Below the pieces are notes generated by a model. The model worked only from the letters and a program-made list of their open reading frames with translations. It was not told where the DNA came from and made no database searches. From assembly GCF_009914755.1 (NCBI RefSeq), contig NC_060937.1: 64,000 nucleotides of DNA; one strand, given 5' to 3'. A program made the position numbers and the translations under genes. Shown piece by piece: positions 54,861-64,000 of this stretch. Source of the DNA: the human T2T-CHM13v2.0 reference genome, Homo sapiens. The stretch's first letter is position 1; the number at the start of each line of letters is the position of its first letter.

Positions 54861-55242
54861 TAAAATTATTTTTCCTGAAATATTTACTTTTACTTCTCAT
54901 TGTCTTCTTAAATGTTCATGTATGTCCACTTCTTGTCACTTGTGGCTAGAGTTAGCTAGAGGGCTCCACTTTCATAGGCCTGAACGATGTGTGGCCCATG
55001 TAGATATCTGAAAAACAACAATTTTCTCAATAATAGGTCATTATATTCAACTACTTGATATCCTTTTTACTCACAGTGATGAGCAGTGGGTGATAGCAAC
55101 ATTTATTTTCAGAGCAGATTCTATTCTATTGTTATGGTCAGCTGGCAAACTCTGCTCGTTACAACTTCTCTCACACAATTAATTTCTCCAAGCATGGATC
55201 CATTTCAGTCTTCGTGAGTGGAATCAATTCTAGAGGATGATG

Positions 55243-55780
55243 GTGTAGGCAAGAGAAAAATTTCTTTCCTCCAACCTCCTAGGTTCTTTGGCTGATCTAC
55301 AAATTAAATTGACATAAGACAGATCAACAGGAGAAAACCCACAATTAATTTCCTAAGTACCCCTGATAGTCCCACAGAATATGAGACTCAAAGAACAACC
55401 AGATGATTGAAGCTTATGTAGTATCCTAAGTTGCAGGAAGGAAAAGGGGATTTGGGCTTCTGAGGGGTCAGAGTGGAGACAAGTTATGGGGTCAAGAAGG
55501 AGAGGAAATGTATGGGGAATAAAGTTAATCTTGTTATACAGATAAAAAGTCTATCCGGTAATAAAAGTTGTCTGGAGCAACCTTCTTTCTGATACAGATA
55601 CGGTTACTTACCTAGATTTTCTTTACACAAGTTCATTCTCTTTGTGAAAGGACAGCTTTTCAGAGCTACTCCTGTGTCTGTAGTTTCTCAATATAATGTG
55701 CTGTAAATAAGCTTCAAATGTATATTTTAGGGTGCCATAACTGGCCTCCCGCAGTCGTCCTTTGGTGTGAGCCCAATAAT
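55243..55780 (-). mobile_element. MER34-family ERV1 LTR
   Basis: aattgacataagacagatcaacaggagaaaa; tatgagactcaaaga; cagcttttcagagctactcctgtgtctg. Confidence 0.7.
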
Positions 55781-56147
55781 GGCAGTTCGCATCCAAGTCT
55801 CCTATACACTCTTTCTAACAAGAATACAGAGAGATACAGAGAAAAATTAAAACATACATAGATGTCAGAAAAAACTAAAAGTCACAATTTATTTCATTCC
55901 ATGTATTATTTATTTCATCCTGGCAAAAGGTGATGGATGAACAGAGAAAGCAGAGCCTCCATAGCATTGAGAAGAAGCTGTAAGACTTCACCTAGAGTCC
56001 ATTCTCACAAAGATAAGACTCCTGCCACAGTGGAAACAGCTCAAAGTATAAACAAGGCCTGAAGGATCAGATCAATAAGAAAGTAAAAGGAAAGGGCGTT
56101 TGGAAAAAATGCAAGAAAACAATTTGAAACTAAGTACTGTAGAAAGA

Positions 56148-56235
56148 AGAGGGTTGCTCCAGGCCAGGAGTTTGTGATCAGCTTGAGCAAAATAGTGAGA
56201 TCTTGTCTTTATAAAAAATAAAAATTTTAAAAAAA
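56148..56235 (+). mobile_element. Alu/FLAM fragment
   Basis: aggccaggagtttgtgatcagcttgagcaaaatagtgagatcttgtct plus A-tail. Confidence 0.75.
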
Positions 56236-57929
56236 CTGTAGTATATTTTTCTTTAAACATTTTTCTTTAAACATTTAAACAAAAGGCACTTTTGGAGACA
56301 GTCTAAGAGGAAAGACTGAAGTGGTGTGGAGATGGTCATTTCCTTGTGAATGGGATTATAATTTAGCTCAAAATCTGAGCATAAATTTTGATTTGGTTTG
56401 TAGTTTGGGATAAAGATTATTTATTTAGAATAGTTTATATAAAAATTCCTTTAGAGTGGCATAGATTTAGAAATGTAGGTTAGTGTATATAAATAAATTT
56501 TACAGGCAAGAAATTTGAAAGCTACCTGGTATTATTATCAAGATTACCCAAACTAAATCAAGTCAAAATCATTTTGGACAACTATTTTAAAAAAAGAAAA
56601 AACAAAAAGAAAAGCTATAGTTATTTTTAAATCAGCTTTCCTTTTTTTTCAACGTCAAGAGCCATAGCAGATGTATTAGTTAATCCCTGAGTATTTTTTA
56701 TCTTGCTTTCCTCTTCAGGGGAATCTTGAATTAATTTAGTACCCTGTGAATTCAGCTTACATTCTCATTTTCCTAAAGGTGAAGAAATTCTTAATTTGAA
56801 CTGGTCCAACTTATCAATCTTTTCTTCGTATTAGTGACTTGACATCCTATTTATGAAAACTTTTTCTACTTTACAATCATGCAGATAATCTCTATAATCA
56901 TCTATGTATTTTTATATTTTTATTTAATATTGTGTAAGATGGGATGTTTCACATTTTATTCCAAATAAGAAAGCATTATTTTTTTGAAAAAAAATCAAAA
57001 CTTTCCTCATAGTTTAGTGTTTACACCATTTTTATAAATATAGAAGCAACATATGTACAAGTCCATTATTCACTATTCTGTCACAATAGTGTATCTCTTC
57101 ATTTCTGGTCAATAATATAATGCCTTAATTAATGTAACTGCTATCCAGTAGAGAAAGCCCTCTGTCAGTTATGGGAATATATGCAAATAAAATTCTGCAA
57201 TATGTTAAAAGTATTTTTGCTTTTGAATTAATTTAGTACTATGTAAAACAATGTTAAGATGCAGCTTTAATCCTCATTTCTTAAAGATGAAAAAATTCAA
57301 AACTATATTTTGTTTATTTGAGAGAATCAAGATGGTCTAAAAATTTGAAAATCAGCCAGTCATTCAGTGCCTCTACAACTACAGTTGTCTTCAGGTGGAT
57401 TAAAAAATGTGATATAAGGATGTTAACATCATATATTCTCTCCCATATTTTGATGCACGGATTTGTTTCTGCCTAGTTCTTTTCCTTACAGGATCCTAAC
57501 AGTCAACCAGCTCTTTGGCCGCTTCCTGAGAGTCAATATGTATTCTCAGCTTGATCCTCCATACAAAAAAACCAATGAAAGTGGGAAGCACTTGAAGTTT
57601 TATCGTCTACTGGAATAAGTTTTCCTTTCCACTGTCCTTCAAGTCCATCCTGAATGTCACTGTACTGAAAGTACTATCCATTTTTTAACTTGCACACACA
57701 ACTCATATTATTCACAGAAAAGAGGAGATATTCATAAAATTGTGTTAATATTAGCACTAAAAGTGTTTATAGAATTTAAAATCCATTCATAATGAAAATA
57801 GCTTCTCAAATCTTATAAACAATCTCTACAAGAATTCTCCAGCACACATGATACAAAATGAAGTGTTAAAATTTTTTCCGAGATAATAAATTTGACCAAA
57901 ATAAAACCTTTTGTTAAACATTTTACTAA

Positions 57930-57972
57930 TCTTATCCAAAATGCTTTGGACCAAAATTGTTTGGATTTTAGT
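57930..57972. mobile_element. Tigger4/MER46-like terminal fragment
   Basis: cttatccaaaatgctttggacc resembles the Tigger4a end. Confidence 0.45.
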
Positions 57973-58251
57973 TTTTTCTTTGTTTTTGTTTTTTGTTTTA
58001 ATGCAGTGGCACAGTCATATCTCACTATAGCCTCGAATTCCTGTGCTCAAGTGATCCTCCCACATCAGCCTCTCAAGTAGCTATAACTAGAGGTATGCCA
58101 CTGTGCCTGTTTAATTTTTTTTTTCTTTTTTACAGAGATGGAATCACACTATGTTTCCCAGGCTGGCGCCAAAACTCCTGGCCTCAAGTGCTCCTCCTGC
58201 CTCAGCCTCCCAACACACTAAGATTACAGGTGTGAGCCACCATGCCTGGCC
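57972..58251 (-). mobile_element. AluJ (3' end partly deleted)
   Basis: Antisense diverged Alu ending gagccaccatgcctggcc. Confidence 0.88.
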
Positions 58252-59149
58252 TATTTTCATTCCCAGCCTCACCTTGCTTGCTCCTTTGCCTCTTTTCCTC
58301 ATGATCAACTCACAAATGTACTTCTTGCATTTGAATCTTTTATTGATGAAACTTAACAGGCTTATTCTAAACTTTAAATGGCAATTTGAGAGGCCACATA
58401 TAAACAAGACTCTCTGGAAGTATAATAACAAGTTATTTGGAAACATATGTTTGATTTGATTTTACCCTGTTGGATCATTGTCTTTGAAAAATTATTTGGG
58501 AAGTTTTTAGGTTTGGGACAAAGGTATATTTCTTAGAGGGCATTTGTGTTTCAATTCGCCAGAAATCTGCAGTACTGCTAATCCGGATGAGCTCAATCAC
58601 ACAGATTGTATGGATCCACGCTCCAAATCCATGTGAGATAAATGCCTTAATCTCAGAGGCAGCTATTTCTTTTTTATCTCCAGTTTCCCCTTAGTGAAAA
58701 TTAACCTTTCTCTGCTCTTCTCTTTGGAAGGGTGTGGGGTGGACTTTTTCAGGTTCAGTTTTAGCCTGAGCTAACATTGTGAGGGTCTTCCTGTTAGATT
58801 TTTATGCTATAAAAGATTCACAAAGGTGACATAACTGATATTCCTCATCCCAGGTGATCAACAAAACTAAAGCCCAACGTTTATGATACTGACAAATTTC
58901 ATAGCTGCATAAAAAGCTGATTTAGTGTTCTTGTGCATCACTGATTTCTGTGTTTCTATTTATCTTTAATTGTACCCTGATTTGTGTCTTCAATCTTATA
59001 TAGATGTGCTTTACATTTTTAAAAATATTTTACAGCATTTAAAATTATTTGGCAAATTTTTCTGAATAATTTAGCCACTAACAGAAATAAAATGATGCAC
59101 ATTTTTCTTTTTTCTTTAAGATTTATTCATCATCCTTTCATTCTCTCCT

Positions 59150-59560
59150 CTCTGATACAGAAGGCTGCATCTTACAAACTACATTTTCCAGATGTCTTTT
59201 CCCAGAGGCTTCCTCTTGCGTTTGTATAGTAGTAGAGACTAGCAGTATAGAGTAGGAAGAAAGGAGAAGAGAAAGTATTTATCTTCCTCTTCCCTATTTT
59301 GAGTAGCATTTCTAATAAGTTACTACATTTCCTCCATGATTCCAGCCTTAGCTGGACACCCTAGCTCTCTAGCTCTGAACGTATCACAAAACTTTTTCTG
59401 ATCCTTTAGTTCTAGGAGTACCAGTGGCTTTTTGATACCGCAGATCTCAGAGGTAACTCACCATCCTATTTTCCTTTAGCTTCCCATCAACTTTGTCACT
59501 AGTTTTCTGTATTAAATTTCTCTATTTTACTACCAGGCACGCCAGCTTCCGTGAATGTCT
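59150..59560 (+). mobile_element. LTR33-like ERV-L LTR
   Basis: aaactacattttccagat...ggcttcctct...; old and degenerate. Confidence 0.5.
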
Positions 59561-60191
59561 TACTCACCTGGCCATTATGCATTTTGATAATTTCCAGGTG
59601 GTAGATTTTTCTAATCATGTTGCAATAAGCTCTGAAAGTCATTCAGGTTTCAGAGTTACCAAAAAGTTTCCAATACAATTCTTCAAACTTTCACTTAACA
59701 AAGTGAAAAGAAGAAACTAAAATAAATCACTAAAAAAAAAAAAGAAAAAGAAAAAGAAAAAAATGCAGCCAGTGAATGACTGGGCTTAAGACAGGAGCAC
59801 ATCTAAGCAGCAGTGTCCATTTCTGCTGCTTTTCAGCAAACCCTCAAGACTGACTCAAAGCAGGAATTTTAGCCCTTGTGTCAATATTTGAGTTATTTTC
59901 TGGCTTATAACATTGAAACTTTTCACAAAGCATTCTACAGAAAATATGAATCTCTCCATTTATTAATCCCAGTGTTCACTGAAAATTAAAACATTACTAT
60001 CATTTATCTAATAATGGTTCCTTGACTTCTATTAAATTGTATTGTTTACTTCATGAATCCAATCTAGATGTGACATTATTAATTTTCATTTTATTATATA
60101 ACTTTATATATCCTCTTGTTTTTAGCTTTGTTTATAATTTTCTAGGATATATTTGAGCACATCAACATTGATAGTTTTAGGGAAAAATTAT

Positions 60192-60587
60192 TGTTAAATC
60201 AAGTGTAGCCTAAAGCTGCCTCCTTACATGTTTTAAGTTCGGTCTAAAGGTTTCTCTTTACATAGTGAACTATAACCTAAATGGAATCGTACACAGATTG
60301 TAGCCCACTCTTGTGCCAAACACCAAGTTTTGGCCAATCAAAGGTGGCCAATTCTTCACATTCAAATAAGGCAAATGCCAAGCTGTAACCAATCTGGCTG
60401 TTTCTGTAACTCGTTTCCATTTTCTGTGTGTCACTTTCCTTTTTCTGTAACAAATCCTCTTCCACCACGTAGCTGCGCTGGAGTCTCTGAGCCTATGCTG
60501 GCTCAGGATGCTGCCAAACTCACGAATCCTTGTTGACTCAATTAAACTCTTTGGAAATTAATTTGGCTATAAGTTTTCCATTTAACA
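60192..60587 (+). mobile_element. MER57-type ERV1 solo LTR
   Basis: tgttaaatcaagtgtagcctaaagctgcctcctta...tttaaca; ATTAAA. Confidence 0.88.
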
Positions 60588-61267
60588 TGGTAATGTAAAC
60601 TATGAAACAAGCTGATTATGAAAGAAGGCCTGGTATAAAAGAGTAAACCTTTTATAAAAAAGAACTTGTTATGTTATTGTTGATTTAATATTGTTAAAAT
60701 TTTCAGAAATATTTTACAATAATCAGTAAGCTATTTTGATTTGTGGTTTCACAGTTTATGGTTACAATGACCTTGTTAACATATCATTTTCTCAAGTAAC
60801 TTATTTCTTGAAAAAAAATTTTAACTTTTGTAAGGATGTAATAATAGCACATACAAAAGTGCACTGACACCCAAAATAAACTTCAAGACTTAAACAATTA
60901 ATCTAACAATTTAGGCTTCATTGTCTTATTTATAAGAAATACAGTGTGAAAATCTGGAAGATACAAATGGCAGACCAAAAACTTGTGTTACCGATCAAAA
61001 TATAATGTCTATTATTATAACATAATAATATATACATATAATATATTTATATAATAATGTAAATAATATACATTATTTCCTTTAAAATCAATATATAACC
61101 ACAAATTTTTACTGGGCCAAACTGTTGGATAAATGAATTTTCAAACATTATCTATCCTCCTCATTCACTTTCATTCAGTAGTGTGAAGGTCCTGAGGGTT
61201 TTAAAGAGTGTGAAGGCCTCTAACAATGTTCCTCTCTTCTTTGGTTTTAGGGGAAGCCCACTTATGA

Positions 61268-62281
<1,014 letters not shown>

Positions 62282-62829
62282 AAGAGTAGCTTTAACCTTT
62301 CCATGACAAACTTCAGGGAAAAGAATCATTATACAAAGTTTTGTTTGTAGAATTAGAAGGCATTTAGGTGTTTGCTGTTAATAAAAGTACTTTCTACCAT
62401 GGAATGATTGTAGCCAAACTTTCTTCTCTAATTTCAGTATGTTTTTAGTTTTACATTTTTAAAAAATATACCAGCATTATTTAAAAAATACTTCTTTTTA
62501 TTCTTAAAAGTTGGGGGCATATCTTTATGTACTCTTTGTAATTATAATATAGATTGGATGTCTTACTCTTTTTTCTGTTTAAAGAATTTTGATGGCTTAT
62601 GAAACTTTTGAGTTAACTTTTGCCTTTATGTTATATTTATTGTAGTTTCATTTTTCATCTCACTGATTTAAGATCTCACCTATATTACATACCTTGGGTT
62701 TATTCAGTCTTATCTTTCTAATTTTTAAGCTAAAGGTTTATTTTAGGTCAGAATAGTAAAATTAATATTTAGAATATGGGAGGTTTATTTTCTTATATAT
62801 GTAATATTCTATATTTAATTTTAATTTTA

Positions 62830-64000
62830 CCAAAATCTTACACAACATAGAGGTAGGATAGACTCAACTCTAGCCTCCTTATAGCTATCTTGTCTCAGCT
62901 ATAGGACGGGCAAAGAAACACTTGTGAAAGTTACACCCAGGCACGTGAGACCACTAAAAGTCTGAGATTTAATCATAAGAAAATAGAATGCTGCTCACTC
63001 CCACACCTATCCTATCAATAGGGCTCTAGTATTGTAACAGAGGACTACAGTTGAAAGTATTGCAAGGTGCAATGTGTAATTAAGAAAGTATTACTAAACA
63101 ATTATAAACACAAAAGTCAATAAAAACAAGAATATCAGGGCTGAAACCTCTGTACCTATAGCCACAGAAAAAAATTAAACACAGCCTAACTCCTAGCAGA
63201 TTAACATAATATCTGACATTAAAAATGCATTTCTTCAGTTTCTATTACATAACAGTGGTTACCAACAGAAAATTATAAGTTATGAAAAAAGCAAGAAAAA
63301 CATAGTTCAAAGATACAAAACAAACATCAGAAACAGACTGAGATGTGATACAGATTTTGGAATTATTAGACAAAGAATTTAAAGTAATATAATGAATCAG
63401 TGGAAGACCTTAATAAAAAATGTAGGCAACATTATAAGAACAGATGGTTAATGAAAAAGAGACACTGAAACTCGAAGAAGCACAATAAATTGGTAGAAAT
63501 TTTTCAAAAAAACTACAACAAAAATAAAAAAATGTCTTTGATGAACTCTTCAGTAAGATAGATATGGTCAAAGAAAGTATAATACATTTGAAATCTGCCA
63601 ATAGAATCTTCTCATACTAAAACGAAAATAGAAAAAATAATTTAAAACACACAACAGAATCCTGAAGAAATTTGGGTCAATTTCCAAAGATGTAACACAC
63701 AATTAATCACAATTAATTGGAATACCAGAAGGAGGAGAGAGAGAGAGAGAACTAGAGGCAGAGAAAATATTTGTATTTTGTAAATATGGCATAATATTTG
63801 TCATTATTAATGACAGACCAACAACCATAGATCCAGGAAATTTAGTGGACACCAAGCATGATACGTACCAAAACATCTAAAATAATCCAGAAAGGAAAAA
63901 AGAAGTATAAAAGAAAAGTAATGATCATTGCATCTGACTTCTCATCAGAAACCATGTAAGCAAGAAGAAAGTGGAGTCAAATAATTGTGTTAAAGAAACA
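62830..64000 (+). mobile_element. L1M 5' UTR/ORF1 remnant
   Basis: catcagaaacagactgagatgtgatacagattttggaatta; ctgacttctcatcagaaaccatg. Confidence 0.78.

Overview
AT-rich primate (most likely human or great ape) non-coding genomic DNA, intergenic or deep intronic, dominated by interspersed repeats. It contains Alu elements (J, S, Y, FLAM/FRAM), L1 (L1M, L1PA), L2, MaLR LTRs (THE1, MLT1), ERV1 LTRs (MER4A, LTR6, LTR30, LTR48-, MER84-, MER50-, MER57-, MER34/39-like), ERV-L internal remnants and DNA transposon relics (MADE1, MER44, Tigger4-like). I find no intact cellular protein-coding gene, RNA gene or CRISPR array; the longer ORFs are L1 ORF2, HERV-L gag/integrase or Alu-derived. I see no convincing undescribed biological system. 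The most notable structure is: four L1 copies with twin-priming-type 5' inversions, three of them hosting nested insertions; a near-perfect 277-bp tandem duplication inside a MER50 LTR; a MADE1 split by an Alu; an L1PA whose 5'UTR is fused to the RT region by a microhomology deletion; an inverted ERV-L segment flanked by a 12-bp direct repeat; two fold-back hairpins; and a plus-strand bias of LTRs that may point to a minus-strand host transcript. Subfamily names come from recall of consensus sequences, not from a search, and boundaries of old repeats are approximate.
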